This document shows positions 1-41,463 of a stretch of DNA of 64,000 bases, in pieces. Both the position numbers and the translations under genes were made by a program. The stretch comes from Phoronis australis. Lineage: Eukaryota; Animalia; Phoronida. The notes beneath the pieces were generated by a model that was not told the DNA's origin, did not search any database, and was given only the letters and a program-made list of their open reading frames with translations. The stretch is taken from contig NMRA01000552.1 of the NCBI GenBank assembly GCA_002633005.1, positions 164,283-228,282 of the forward strand, read 5' to 3'. Numbering within the stretch: the stretch's first letter is position 1; every line of letters starts with the position of its first letter.

Positions 1-700
1 TTTTGCAGGCTATTGAACATTTCCTTATCCATGACGTCGCCAGGAGCGCATGAGCTCGCGTCCAATGTACCAAATATTCCTTTAACTTTAGTTTCACCAT
101 TATCAGACTGACTTTTGCGATGATTCATATGACCCACTCGAAAGAAGTAATCAGAATCTTACACGCAATGTGTCTTTTGGTTGTGTGTTTTCTTGAGGCC
201 ATCCTTGGGGCTTGCACTGGTTCTAAATAGAATAGTTGCGCTTGCCACATTTTGTACAGGCTTTCCTCCTAACGGGACAATTAGACTGCGTGTCACGTGC
301 TGAAAGCCACAACGAGTGCAGTAGGTTAACTTACAACTTAAATGCGTCGACGACCATCTTTTCGTTTGTCCTCTGGATTTGTTTTCCAAGTTGGATTGTT
401 TCGTAGCATGTATTCTGTTGACCTGTTCCTAAGCATCATGAGGTTTGCTGTGTTCCATCTCCATTGCTTGACGGTCGATGTCTATGTCTTCATTGTTGGC
501 AATATGCTCCAGCAGCTTCACCAGCGACTAACTTTTCGTCATTGCATCATGCCGCAGTTTTCCGTCAGAAATGGAGTTTAGCAGTTGGCTCCGAATTGCA
601 TCATACTTTTTAATGTTCGTCTTACACGAGGGATGTTGAACAGATATTTTCGAGGTACCAGATGCGGCACGACTTTATACTTATTATGGTCAGCTGCTAA
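1..700 (-). mobile_element. Degenerate Ty3/gypsy gag-protease remnant, truncated by window edge
   Basis: Minus-strand translation across frameshifts: DAIRSQLLNSISDGKLRHDAM (gag), YCTRCGFQH..NCP..RKACTKCGKRN (gypsy-type Zn knuckle), then LDASSCAPGDVMDKEMFNSL (decayed aspartic protease). Possible PBS TGGCGACAGGAAT at 1473-1461. Confidence 0.6.
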
Positions 701-807
701 CTAGTATATTTTATCTTAAATACAGGGAACTGCCCGTTGTACGTGTATTATTATGACCGAATTTACTGTTGTTGTTTTGGTCCATGAACTGACCGTTTGA
801 CCGGTGA

Positions 808-891
808 TGAGGGCCCTCTTGGAAAGCAGTGCTATCACTGAAGAGGTGACCCTCATTTTAAATAGCACAATAAACAAAATAAATAAATAAA
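808..891 (+). mobile_element. 3' end of a CR1/L2-clade LINE (stem-loop plus A-rich tail)
   Basis: GAGGGCCCTCTTGGAAAGCAGTGCTATCACTGAAGAGGTGACCCTCATTTTAAATA is near-identical to 8913-8969 and is followed by (AAAT)n. Confidence 0.65.
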
Positions 892-3800
892 GATGACCAC
901 AGACCGGCACTGTTGACCTAAGTACTGTCTTCTTCCTATTTTGGTCGTCTTTTGGGACCGCGTGCTTATGTTTAAGCGAGTCTGCGATGGAGCGTGTACA
1001 AAGGTCACTAACCTATCTTGTGATTTGACGTGTGTTATTAATTGAAATAAAGCAATAAAATAAATCAAACAACACCAATAAATACCCCCATATATACCTC
1101 TTATTTTCAGTTGTGGCGTGGCCACCACTCTTGTCGCCTTTTTCTATCCATCTGCTTTAAATGAATGATTCATTTGACAAGACTTATTTAAATTCTCATC
1201 CTTAAAAAGCAAAATGTCGACGATAAGCCATATTCTTGTCAAACTCATCACGGGGGGCGTGGCCTTCTTCGGCACCTGTAGGAGCCTTCAATTGATACCG
1301 TCGATGGACACGCACTACTACTCATCGACCGTGTCATTGACTGTTAACCTGTATGGAAACAAAACATTTCAGTTCTGTTGACCACTTTCTCCACCCACGT
1401 CGTTATTCATCAGAATCCTCATTTGTAAATTTGGTCTGAATGTCTGAGTTTTATTCTGTCATTCCTGTCGCCAAATGGCAAATTTGTGATTGAGGATAAC
1501 AAAGGTTAAACAACCAGTTTTTTTCTTAACTGTTTATTTTATCTTAAAAATAATAGAAGAAATGATACAATTACTGCCTGCAAACAAATACAATGACAGT
1601 GAATGTAAAGGAGATCATTTCTGCGGTATAGCAGTATAACAACACAATACACAGGTCATTGAACGATCTAATTATAAATACACAAACACACGTAAACATA
1701 AAACACAGAAAGGCTATATCAATGAGAATGTTAAGTAATTAAAATATAAGTTTGGTGTTATAAATGAAAGTAGATACTATATCAATGAGCATGATATTCA
1801 GTTCTAGGTTAAGTTGTTGCGAACTATAAAGTCAGAGTTCGGAATACATACTAATGTTGTCAAAGGAACACACATGCAGAGCTACCCACAATCTATACCA
1901 GACCTATGCGGAGTTAGGCGAAAATTGAACGATAGTTAGTATCTAATTGAAAAAATGCACGCAGAAAATGTGTCAGAAATACAGTGACGGAATATGTCTA
2001 GGTAATGCAATCTCCTCTTTTGCATAACGCTAAAATCGTCAATGTCTTCTCAGGTTCAACAAAGAATTATGAAATCAACCTACGTAAAAATTGCCTACTC
2101 TTATTTAAAGAGCGAAAACACTCCCAATGAATGATGATCGCTTAAAAAACCTCAATTATAACTGCCACAGACAGAAGATTCTGTTCATCAAGACCACGGG
2201 TGATGCGTGGGAGTGAGACCTTATGTCCGGCACATGCGCTTATAAAGCTAACCTCCAAGGGCTAACTTAAGGCTCTGAAAATGACCGGCGTGTTCCAATA
2301 GTCCTTTGAGTTGTTTCACATCTGTGCGTGCGCTAGCTTCAATCATAAGAGGTTAGGAGAGGGCTAAAGTAATGTCTCCAGCCGAGCTGATCTAAAAGTC
2401 ATACGGTACGTCATGCTCCTGAAGCACTGCTAAGCCAGTGTATCAGAAAGACTGTTATCACATGGATATCCCGACCCATTCGACAGAAATGATTAAAGTT
2501 CCCACATACTCAGATATGGAACACCTCCAAGGAACAATCTTAGGTGATGAAAGTACTCAATGTGTTCCGAGTATCTTTGAAGCTAAAGAACCCGAGATGT
2601 TCCGTATGTACGTAAACTTGCAGTTTTTTAACAATTGGCAATAATAAGCGAACTTAAAAAATGTCGTTTGGATAAACCCATTGATACCTCTTAGTAAATC
2701 ATTTAAAAAAGAAGATTTAATGGCTAAATTGACAGTAAAAGGTCGACGTTCTACTTTTAGAATTCATATCCGAATTACGACGCCGAGTTCATTTGCTTAA
2801 GTCAGGATCAGAAACAGAAAGTGGAGTTGAATGTAGCGGAGACGAGAGGTCAACAACTAAAAGCTTGAAAATGAGGAGGTGGGTACTTTATTTTGTCGAA
2901 ATGGTGTTATTCTGGATGTGGCATGATCAGATGTAATTCTCAGTGAACAGTAATTGCAGTTGTAGGACAATCAGAATTTTTTGAAACAAGGTACGGACGA
3001 CAGAAAGACTATTTAGGCTTCCTACGCACCCATTGGAACAGATAGTGTGCTTTAACTTAACTGCTCGTACTCAGCAAATCTACAAGCGTTCTTGACGAGT
3101 TTTGCAAATGTGTTTATGTTTTTATTATCTGTGACAGTTTTCAACAAAACTGGTTTCCTTGCTACGCATTTTCTCTCGACAGTGCTTTGGCAAGTGAAAC
3201 ACTGCTCGTTATGGTAGTCCATCTTTCGTCCAGCATTTCGAGCACCACGATTATGTTGCTCGACCTGTTGTTTTCTTTTGTTTCTGAAAGTTGCATTGAC
3301 CTGTTATCACATGCATTACCATTTATAATTGAGAACTAGTCAGACTAAGAAGCTTGAAAGTAAGACTAGGAATTTTCCAGTCCACCACCTCTTTTGTTCT
3401 TCTACTGTCACTACTGTTAGTCCAAGATGTTTCCCATAAATGTAATGACCAGTCCATTATTCTTAAAATACAGGAGCCATTAGGGACTGGTAATATTTCA
3501 TGAGGTCCTAGAAGTTCCAGTTCTGAAACTAGTTTAGCTAATTTCTCACCATCCTAGATTTCAACATGATACATTACTGAACAACATGATGTTTCGCAAT
3601 AGTGTTTTAAGGCTTTTTAATAGCTGTCTGGTTATCTACAAGATATCTATAGATTTTCTTTTAGATTCTTTTTAGAGAATTTCTGTTGCTACTTAAGTGA
3701 TTGCAAAGGACTGCTTGAAAAAGAGAACTGTGTTCTCCAACGTGTGTTCTCCAACGTAAATAGATTTTTAGGCGGGTATTCAATGAGAAACCCCAATGAA

Positions 3801-4275
3801 CTAGTAATTCACGTTTTACAATCACTACATGCTTTGATGGAGCTTATATCAAGGTTTCAGTCATATTTAATAACACTATTTCGATTTCGAATAAGACATT
3901 AAACGTTTCTTTCAAATGTCTTGGTTTTAAGTGATCGATCAGTTGGCATGAAAACCAGTAACAGTCCATTTCTTATAGCGTTACACATGTCAACGTGACT
4001 GTTTGTTTTCCCTGAAGTACCTGTTGGTTTGACAATCCAGAGTTCTGCTTGGTCTATACGGAATGACCTCCAGACTGCCTATGCGATTACAAACTCATCA
4101 GTCGGCTCTGTATTAACCAACACCTATATTGCTCCCAGTGGGTTGCTAGGAAGTGAAGTTGTTGTCTTGAGACACGCTAAATGATGTACCTTCTGGAAAA
4201 AACCTTTTCGGATACGGCTTCTCAATTCTGCTGACCCCGGACACATATTGATATAATAAAATCGGTGTTATCATA

Positions 4276-5261
4276 CAGTACAGTCACTGAATTATTAGAC
4301 TCTCTCCGGTGTCTCTCCGTTCTAGCCACCCGTGACCGTAACCGGAGACAGACCGGAGAGTGAGACATGAATCAACCGTGACAGCTGGCGTGAGCCTAAG
4401 CGTGACTGTACCCGGAGCTTACCGTGAGTTAGGCGTGAACGATGCGCGAGCCAGCCGTGAGCCAGGCGTGAGTTTACCTGCATCGCAGATGAAAAAGTAA
4501 TTTATTAAAATTATATCAGTAACTAGCAGTGATGTGTGTATTCTCATAGACTTTTGCTCATGTGAGGTTTATTTTTTTGTTGAAATCGTCACATTCAGCA
4601 AAAGACCAAATTTCCTTCTCAAATCTTAAGTCACTTCAGGAAACAGACCTGTGGACTCTACTTTTCACTTATATATAATTATTTGTTTTTTATATAAACT
4701 AATAAAGAATCTTAACACGCGTGTACATGGCGGAAATATTCAATTGCCTTCACGATATGAAGGAGCATAGCATGTCAATTCTGAGCACATTGATACCAAG
4801 TTCCGGCTTCATGCGGAGAAAACTGATCGTACCCATGCATTTGACGAGTCAAACAGATCACTGCTATTATTATTTTAGTGAATAAGTACCCCGGGGATAC
4901 TATGAACTCAATCGAAACGCATGTACTACGGGGAGGGGGCTACAACTAATTAAACTGCACTACGGATTGAGGACTTTTTAGTCAAAACATTTGCTTGCAG
5001 TAAGGGATGGGTATGTCAGAATGGAGGCCTATTGAAATTTTCTGTACGCCAGTGCGGTGCAAAAATTTACGAAGTGACACAATACTTCACAAGATGCGTA
5101 GGCTATTTTTAGGGCAAATTAACTATATCCAGCTGTGACAAGTTTCAAGGAGTCCACAGCGACTGTGACTGATTTCTGTCACGTCTGCGTTCCGGTTGCG
5201 TTCCGGTCTGGCCAGGCGTGAGGTAGCCCGGACGAAGTCTAAAAATTCAGTGGCAGTACTG
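4276..5261. mobile_element. Non-autonomous Tc1/mariner-type element
   Basis: 26-bp TIRs CAGTACAGTCACTGAATTATTAGACT / AGTCTAAAAATTCAGTGGCAGTACTG (3 mismatches), TA on both flanks, GC-rich subterminal CCGTGA/CCGGAG repeats. Confidence 0.85.
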
Positions 5262-5411
5262 TAGCATTATTTATCCATATCATCGTTTTAAGTTTCATAT
5301 CGTATGTAACATTTTTGTTTATATGACTTAAATGACATTGCTAAGTGAGTTTGATGTCTGAAACAACTGCTACCAATCTAACCTACTCCGAGACAATTAG
5401 TTTTTTCCCGT

Positions 5412-7400
5412 CAGTAGTGTCTATAGGGGGACAGAGGAGCCATAACCCTGGGACCGTAGGAGTCAAGGAAGCCCGTCGGCGAATTTAAAAAACAAAAACA
5501 AACAAAAACTGGCAAAGTAAAAACTGAAAATTTCCTAAGTGTTTGGACCACTCGACTACATTTGAACAAATATTAAGCCTCCAGATTAAGAGCTAGACGT
5601 CCTAAGAAGAACCTCTCTTTGCTCATTCACTACTACAACCAATTAGCTGCCACAAACTGTACAAAAGTCGAAACAAAGTGTTTCTCCCTTAATAATTTTC
5701 TCCTACACCCTAAATTTCGTGCTTTTATGAAATTTGAATATTGAGCACGTAGAAAATTTTAACAGTATTTGTTAAAATGATTATTTGAAAATTGCATATC
5801 AAAACTGCAGTTTTAGGCTGACGGTTTTCTTGGAGATTATAACCACTTGTGTTACAAAATTTCCGCATAATTTTGCGTCACTCTTTACCGAAATATGAAG
5901 ATAGAATTCTAAAATTCGTAGATTGTAACCACAACTGGTGAAACTACCTGCAATTGTCCTTGAAACGTTGGATAAGAATGGAGTACCATTTGAAGACTGT
6001 CGTGCAGTAACATGAGTCAATCAGTTTGTTTCAGGCAATAATGCCACTTGCCAATTTCATATTGCAAAGCATAACAATATAAGCAATTACATACATATCC
6101 ACGCATATTTTACATTTTGACCATAGATTCGCGTCTTTCTTCAGATTTTGATCGGAAAATTCACAGTTTTTTTAACTCTCCGATATTATTTGTTTTCATT
6201 TTATTTACAAAAGTGTCGTGGACTATATTTTTGTTATGAAGTAAGTATTTCGGGAGAAGATTGTTATGTAAAGGACACACTAACAAAAGTGATTTTTTTT
6301 CATTTTCAACCACATGTAAGCCACAACAAATGCACACCCTTTGTGAACGTTCAGTACCTGTTCTACCTGCTTTTGACATTAAACTGGATTGAGCCCCTCT
6401 CAGTAGGGCCAAGCTCATCTCTATAACCGAGCATGAGATACATGATATCCAATTACTAGATCATCATGTTTAATAATCGGTATACATCGAAACAATTCTC
6501 CGTTCCATTATTGGTATTTCATATCTTTATATTTATTTCGAAAAGCGTATACAACAATGTTCTCGTGAGCTACTGCTTGGCCAATCCAAACAAACCCAAA
6601 GCCAGTTGAGCACATTTTTTTCTTTTAATCCAAGGTACCTATATCATATACAGGCGCTACAGCTCACGTACTGAGATGCCGTTTTCCCCACTCACTCTGT
6701 GCTTGTCAACCTGTGAGTACTCGATGCTGCCGAAAGTGGTCCACTGGCTTTTACTGTTACGGAACTGTACAGTGTGTCCACATGCAGTGCTGGGAAATTC
6801 TAAAGAGACACGTTGGCATTGTTCTTCACAGCATGTTAGCCACAAGTTGGTCAGAGAGAGTGGACGGCGTTAGAACATTTTCAGCAAATGTTCCTTCCTG
6901 GAAAAAGCCATTGAGGACGTGATAGATCTAAATTTGTGAGCAGAAGCATGATCAGACCTATATGGAATCAAACTTTACCTTAACTCTTTTGCGTGTGTGG
7001 TCACGGCTTCTTCATGGCTGCAAGTAAGGGATGTCTTCAACAGTCTCCTTGACGACCTCAAAGACTTTAGAGACATCTGGGAGCTCATCCCAGCTGCATT
7101 TAGACCTGCTGCTGAGAGTATGGGTATTGCATTTCTTGACAATGAGAAATGTTGCAAAAAGTAGTTTTTTTCAATGAGGCAAGGGCATGCTGGAAGATGA
7201 TGCAAAGAATGAATTAAATCTCTTAGATCTCTTTCATTGTATTATGAACTCCGTCATAGCAAATTCAACCACTCTTACGAGCTCGGTCATGTAGTCAGAG
7301 ACGCTTTCTGTGTTGTGGCGATATACAAGTCTGGATTTGCAGCATCTACGAGAATATGCTCAATGACTCAGCGGCAAGTGAAGCGTTGATGTGTCACAGA
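5412..7400 (+). mobile_element. Decayed hAT (ZMYM1-like) transposase element
   Basis: Fragments QCWEILKRHVGIVLHSMLATSWSERVDGVR (S..RW...TRW motif) and LLDDLKDFRDIW among many stops and frameshifts. A CAGT..-type end at 5412 is tentative. Confidence 0.55.
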
Positions 7401-8360
7401 ACTAGGTACAGTAACTTGAACAGGGGAAGGTGATACGTGCAGCCAATGAGGACGATGACCCTTTAAGACCATCTCATCTGTATAACATGATATATAACTT
7501 AAAATTTAAAACACTGCTCCTAAACTTCGCTATGAGGATTTTCTGTAGTCTGTCTGTGACAGTTCATCATGGAGAACACTTCTCATCTCAGTAAAGAACA
7601 AGCTGAGAACAATGATATAGTAGTAGGGGGTTAAGGCAAAAGTTTCAACTTTAATCACTATTGACGTACACGCTAAAATGGCCAAACGAGTATGGTGTTG
7701 GCTTAGAGCTTTATTTGACTCGGGCGGCGTCATGTGTAACAAGACAATGTAATTGGCAATATCTTTTCATCCCAAAGTACAGTATTCATGCTCTGCAAGA
7801 CTGACCCTAAGTTTATGTAATTAAATTAGTGGTAGTGGCAATTTTCATACCTACCCTAGTGTTAAAACTCAAGTGTTCATTACTTTTGTCCTTACTTCAA
7901 CACTTTAAGTCTATTCACACACATGTAAAAATTTCATTTTCTGTTGTTGTAATATTAAATCTCTTTGTTTGAGTGGATAGATTTGTATACATGTGTATGA
8001 AAATGATTGATTTACATTCGTAATCATATGTAATTGTAATCGGAATATCAGTTTTTGTACTTGTGTATGATAATTGTATATAGATTTCTTTGTATTTATT
8101 TAATCCAGATATAATGCCTCCTGGCGCTTTCTGGGTTATGTGTATTCATTGTATTGAAGATTTCGTAATAAAAATTAAAAAAGAAAAAAGGCAAAAATTA
8201 ATTAAGGAACGCGGGTTTGTTTACACTTTAAACTTTTGATACTAAACACAATGTTACTTTGCAGTATTCTCTCTTGCAGATTTAGCTTACGTTAGAAAGT
8301 GTAAAGCGTTCATAAAAACACATGATTCTGATCTATTCGAACTATTTTGATACAATTCAG

Positions 8361-36247
<27,887 letters not shown>

Positions 36248-36841
36248 ATAAGAAGCATATCGTGCCATCGGCACCGCGTAGTCGACGGAGACAATGCGCA
36301 ACGACATGAAAATGAATCAAATGCCCGAGTTAGGTAAACCCAAGATTACGTCCAATATCGGCATGCAAAGCAGGTAGTTACGAAATTAGCCCGTGAACGG
36401 AACGCAGCTCAGATCTGAAAATATCAGGTGGAGGCAATTGCCATGCAGACTTTTGGGATAACCTTGGCCTGTGACCTCTCTTGACACGTGCAGCACAGCC
36501 AATGACACAACAAATAAAGGAGGATATTGCACCAGTCTCTTAAAAAATGGTTCGACACCGAAACGTAAGAGTTTCTTGCACTGCCTTTTCAATAATTGTA
36601 TTTAAAGGGCAATGTTTGAGCAGGTGAAGAGAAATAAATTACCATGTAAAAGTAATTGGGAAGCTTTTATGATGTCTAATCATGCAACAAATTCTTCTGT
36701 AAGCAAGTTAATGATCATAATCTAGGATATCACCGAACATGGTTAGAGTAGTATTTACGACACCCTAGCAAAATTGCTAAAAAGCAAGATGGTGCAACAC
36801 TAAGCAGAGTTAAGCACGTAGTACACATTTTGCAAGAGAAC

Positions 36842-37014
36842 CTTGTTTTGAAAGGTATTCAAGATGTTCAGAACACAAAGGATGTTTCTTGTATCCTCGG
36901 CTGGCAACCCAGTAGCTCTGCCGTGATTGAATGATGCAATTCTGGTCAATCAGCCAGCAGAAACAGAAGTATCTGCCTGGCATAACGCACCGACATGCAA
37001 GGATGTACAAGGAT
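36842..37014 (-). pseudogene. Decayed ZZEF1-like exon
   Basis: SVRYARQILLFLLAD*PELH..LLG resembles ZZEF1 AVLYARHVLASLLAEWP. TGA at 36948-36946 replaces Trp, there is a frameshift, and the acceptor reads CAA. Confidence 0.7.
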
Positions 37015-37234
37015 TTGATAAAAAAGAAAAGTTTAGTAACCGTTTTCAAGCTTAACACCTTACGAATCATGCAACAAGTATATTAACACACACATAATAT
37101 AACACAACTTTGGTTCAAAAGATCTCAGTTCAGAATTGCATAAATGTTCAAATGAATAGGAGACGAGTCATCGCCGGAGAACTAATAAATAAGCAAAGGC
37201 AATGAGAAGGAAACAGAGGCTCATCAGGTCCTAC

Positions 37235-37350
37235 CTTGGTTAAGTATTCCTTCGACCCTGCCTTCCCCTGATCCTCCAGTTCCTCCTTCAGTAATTGAGC
37301 ACTCTGCAACTTCCTCTTCACCTGTCTTTGTGGGATGGCGTCTCCAGCAC
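37235..37350 (-). pseudogene. ZZEF1-like exon downstream of the frame disruption
   Basis: aatag|..RQVKRKLQSAQLLKEELEDQGKAGSKEYLTK|gtagga resembles ZZEF1 KQRRSKSAALLHKEL..RDYLFR. Open, but downstream of the broken exon. Confidence 0.75.
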
Positions 37351-37494
37351 CTATTAAAGACCAGGTCGCACGCGTTGTTAACCCTTATTACATGGTTAGA
37401 GGATGTTATAATGATCCAAGAAGTACCTACCCCATAACTAATACACAATTCGTATTCGAAAAAAAGTTTAAATGAACGCGCCACTCACAATTCG

Positions 37495-37800
37495 CAGCCG
37501 AAGAACCACCGCCATTTTGAACTTGCCGCGAACCCGGAAGTAAAATTCATTCAGGAACCCAGGCTAGCCGCTAAGAAAACGCGGTCAGTGTGGATGGACG
37601 AGTGCCTGTTACCAGCTTGCAAACGAGGATAAAATAATCGACAGAGCGCCTTAATTTTAATAAAATCAAAATACGGACAACTTAATCGAATTTGCTGAAG
37701 AAATGTGGCGAATAAATTTTGACAGAAATTATTTGCTAGACTCGGGACCACAGCGTATCGGACCCGGTGCCGATCGAGACCAGACACTGGCGAACGGTAA
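37495..37800. promoter_or_regulatory. CpG-rich promoter-like segment (YY1 + ETS motifs)
   Basis: CCGCCATTTT at ~37509-37518 next to ACCCGGAAGT; CpG-rich; candidate donor CG|gtaaat at 37797. Confidence 0.35.
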
Positions 37801-38510
37801 ATGCATGCGGTTGCAAGCTGTTTTGTCGAAGTAAAATGCTCAAATCATAAATGCAGCATATATTCAAAGATAGTTTCAGACACTTGCATGAAATTACGGG
37901 CTGGTTAGTCTTGTGTCAAACTGCCGCGGCAGACCTTAGCTAGCCTCAGTGCCAGCTACCAGAGAAGACGATCGTCAAAATACAGCTTGTTAGTACATGT
38001 AGGCCTATACAGCTTTGCGCCAAGGCTACCCTTAGGACTAACTGGTCGCTGGCCACAGCGCTTGCTCAAGCGAGTTTTATTCAGAACTTGGGTACTTCTG
38101 GCGAACTGTGTAAAGTTGTTGGCTTTCAATAGAGATTTGCCCAGACTTTGTATGAGCGCACCAAGCCTAAAAGAATGGGGGGGGGGACTGGAATTTTTGG
38201 GAATATCTATCTTTTACTATAAGATTCAATGGGCATGTTCAGAGCTATGAATTGCAGACGCTAAATTTTGGCACTTCCTGTCTTCTAGTGGAATATTGTC
38301 TTATTTTCTACTTTTTCCGGAATTCGTGCTTCTCAGACTGAGGCCGACCTTTTTCCATTTCTCGAAATAGGGGGGTCGTTCGAGCACATAAGTATGACAA
38401 GTCCAATACAAAATGTTATCATTTTTATTCATTAACCCAAAACGATTCAAACTTTTAACATAATATATACAATACTTTACAACATTTAGCATTACAAACT
38501 CTATTCAACA

Positions 38511-38759
38511 CATGCACGCACCCAGCCTTCAATATGGGGGGCTCGAATTCCCGGCGATGTGGGGCTTTTGCTAAAAAAAAGAGTCGATGGATTAAAAAAG
38601 CGGGAGCATTACTGTGAATTGCGCGTTTGCCCTTCTTTAGTGGACTTTTGTCCCATTTTCTCCGGCTTTTTGTCTCTCGGGGGCGGACCTTTTTGCCCAC
38701 TTCGCCAAATGGGGGGGCTCGTTCGAGCCGCCCGAGCCCCCCCCCTGGGTGCGCGCATG
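38511..38759. mobile_element. MITE with 15-bp TIRs and 5-bp TSD
   Basis: CATGCACGCACCCAG / CTGGGTGCGCGCATG; flanks CAACA/CAACA; second copy at 33390. Confidence 0.85.
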
Positions 38760-40481
38760 CAACAGCAAAAGCTTCCATGTTATGAAAGTGGACTTACATG
38801 TAACTATTACCATGGTGACCGAATAGTGTATTCTTATACCAGAATTTGACAAGCATGATTAAAAAATATGAATTTGCAAGGAACAAGAATTGAAGGCTTG
38901 AAGCTTCACAATCCAACATAGCTTATTTCCCAAATTAATATTATTCATATTGTTGGCTTCATAACCTGAATTAAGAAGCAATAAGTTACAAAACATGACT
39001 TGAAAGCAATTGAGACTTAAAATTTAGAAAAATATGAATCATTTTGTGACACCGAATCAAGCCTTGAACAGCAGTTGACAATCAAACAAAAAACCATTTA
39101 AAAATTATTTCAACTATTTTTTTAGCTTAGTGTAAGATCAGCTGAATGGGAAAATAATTAGAATACATCTTATATTTTTGCACAAAAAACACGAAAATTA
39201 AACAAAGTTTCTTTTTTGTAGCAACGTTTGTCAAAATGTATCAACATTAAATCTTCACAAATTACAAAGTAGCCGATTGAAAAAACCTTTCAGTTCAGCA
39301 AAATTAGCCATGTTGTCGGTGCCGCCACAAATGAGACGAAGTCCAACGGGAATTGTGAGCACATTTATCACTTATTAAGTAACAACTGCGAGCCTGAAAT
39401 TTGGTGAACACTGTTGAATCGTGAAAAATAGTAAGTAAAGATATGTCTAACTAAATTTCACCGTAATTTGTTATCGAAAACAATTTACACAAAGTTTTCA
39501 ACTCGTAACTTATCCCGCTGTCCTCCAATATGGCCGACGCGATCCAAACGAAGTGACCCACATTTCGCCACAAAAATTGCAATATCTTTACACTGCTTGC
39601 CCCGATTTTGATACTTTTTCGATTTTTTCTGAGTAGAATGCACTAACTTTCCGATGATAGCAAAGTACTTTTTCAAAACGAGAAAAAATCAAAACGAAAA
39701 AAAAATTGGTTCGACCCATATTGGTTCCTAGGTTCGACCGGCCTATGTAAGGAACTAAACACCAATGCTATTTTGGCATAATAAGTACGCGTAACATTCC
39801 AAAAAATTCAACGACCACTAAGTACAAACTATAAATACACTACATATGCAAACTAATCACGAAATATTAATAATAAAACAAAATAATGAAAACTTCGAGC
39901 AAGCTATGGCACATTCAGTTACAAGGGAAAAATGGCGGCGTTCAGGACAAGTTCCTGAACTGATGAGCCGGAAATGTGGGTACGGAAATAACCGATGAAA
40001 GCCGGCAATTATACGCTCACAGAGAAAGGTCAAATACGGTTAAAAAATCGCTTTTGGCAAGAAAGGCGAGAAGAATATAAAGAGTGTCGAAAATAAGATA
40101 ATATGTAGTAAGTATTTTCGGATACTGGAAGCACATGGGCATTTTGCAACAAGGTCTTTAACTTCTGTGTCACATCTGACGACTCTTCCGCAACATACTT
40201 TATACTTCTGGACATTAGAACAACAAGCTTTACAAAGGCCGACATTGTTGAAATACACTCAATACATCACTACCAATTTAGTCTTTATTTTCTTTGTAAT
40301 TATCACAGGCTTCTACTACTCTTAAAAGGACTGGTGTCTAATGCCTTTTTTACTACTGTAGCAATTGAATGTCCCTAACTGACCCGAAATGCACAAAGAA
40401 GTTAATATTGCTTTTACCCAAATCATTTGTACTGCATGACCCCTTCCAACCCGCGATCGAGAACGAGACCTTGAACCCAAA

Positions 40482-41463
40482 ATGGCAGACGACAGTGACG
40501 AACCCAGTGAGTTTAAGTATCATTTTCTTCTTACTAGAAGCTACTTTAGTACGAATGCGACACACAGAAAAGCGGCACAGTGTAGTATTTTTGTTAATCT
40601 GAAATAATACTTGGCTTTTGCTTATTTTTAAAATAAAGAGCTCAGAGAGCAATGGCTTTCGCTAAAATGCCTTGCGTCTCGTAAAATCGACAGTTTGCAC
40701 TTGTTAGTAGCAATTCTAGGGTTCTTAAATAGAGACGTGTCACGTTTATAGTTTAATAATCCCTGGTGACACCTTTGTTAGTTATGATTTGTGAAAAAAA
40801 TCGAGATATTTACCAGTACAAGCAGGTGCTTGTGTGAGACGGCGATCGTGAACGAAGTCCTTAATTCTCTATGGCGATCGTGAACGCACATTTCTTCTCT
40901 GCATTGGCCTCAATAGTCGTTCAAATTTCGGAACTATGCCAATAATTTTGGATTAATTCGGACCCTGATGGGTTGGTTATTAATTATATTTTATCGTTTT
41001 TTTCATGATTTCTTTGTGAGATTTAGCCTAACAAACATAACTGAATGCGTTTGATTTTCTCAGTTGAACTTTAGCCACTCGACGAGTCCTTCGGAGTGCT
41101 AAAGTCCACTCCTTCAAAAAAGAGTTGTACAACTGCTGGATGTCACAAAAGAGTATGTGTGTCTGTTGTGGAGCTTCGTTCAGGAACTGTAAGAAATCGA
41201 CTTAGTATGACCATATGGCAATAAAACACAGACCTTTACCAGCCCTGTCATTGACGCGTTACATGCGTCACGAGTTTTTTTACCAATTTGATAAACATAG
41301 CATGAAGCATCGCGCTCAGGAACAAAGTCGATTCAGTGTCCTATCTAGAGTGAGCCTCACGTGACACATTGCGTCACAGCTCAAGAACACTCCTTTTTTG
41401 GTGAATGTGGTATGTCATGCAAACAGTATGCCTCCTTCTACAGGCATAAGAAGCAGAAACGTC
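40482..41463 (+). pseudogene. Decayed two-exon C2H2 zinc-finger gene fragment
   Basis: Exon 1 MADDSDEP A|gtgagt (40482-40506), phase-compatible acceptor tctcag at 41063, degenerate fingers C..CGASF..YDHMAIKH and ECGMSCKQYASFYRHKKQK with stops. Confidence 0.55.

Noticed and set aside
2160-3330. Possible Chapaev/RAG1-like N-terminal motif (W..H...C..C) on the minus strand
   Set aside because: Requires a frameshift, and no supporting upstream or core transposase motifs were recognisable.
36415-37515. Minus-strand non-coding snoRNA host gene with an intronic hairpin (36891-37003) and C/D-like boxes
   Set aside because: The exons and the hairpin region translate to ZZEF1-like peptide in the expected order, and box motifs and terminal stems are incomplete.
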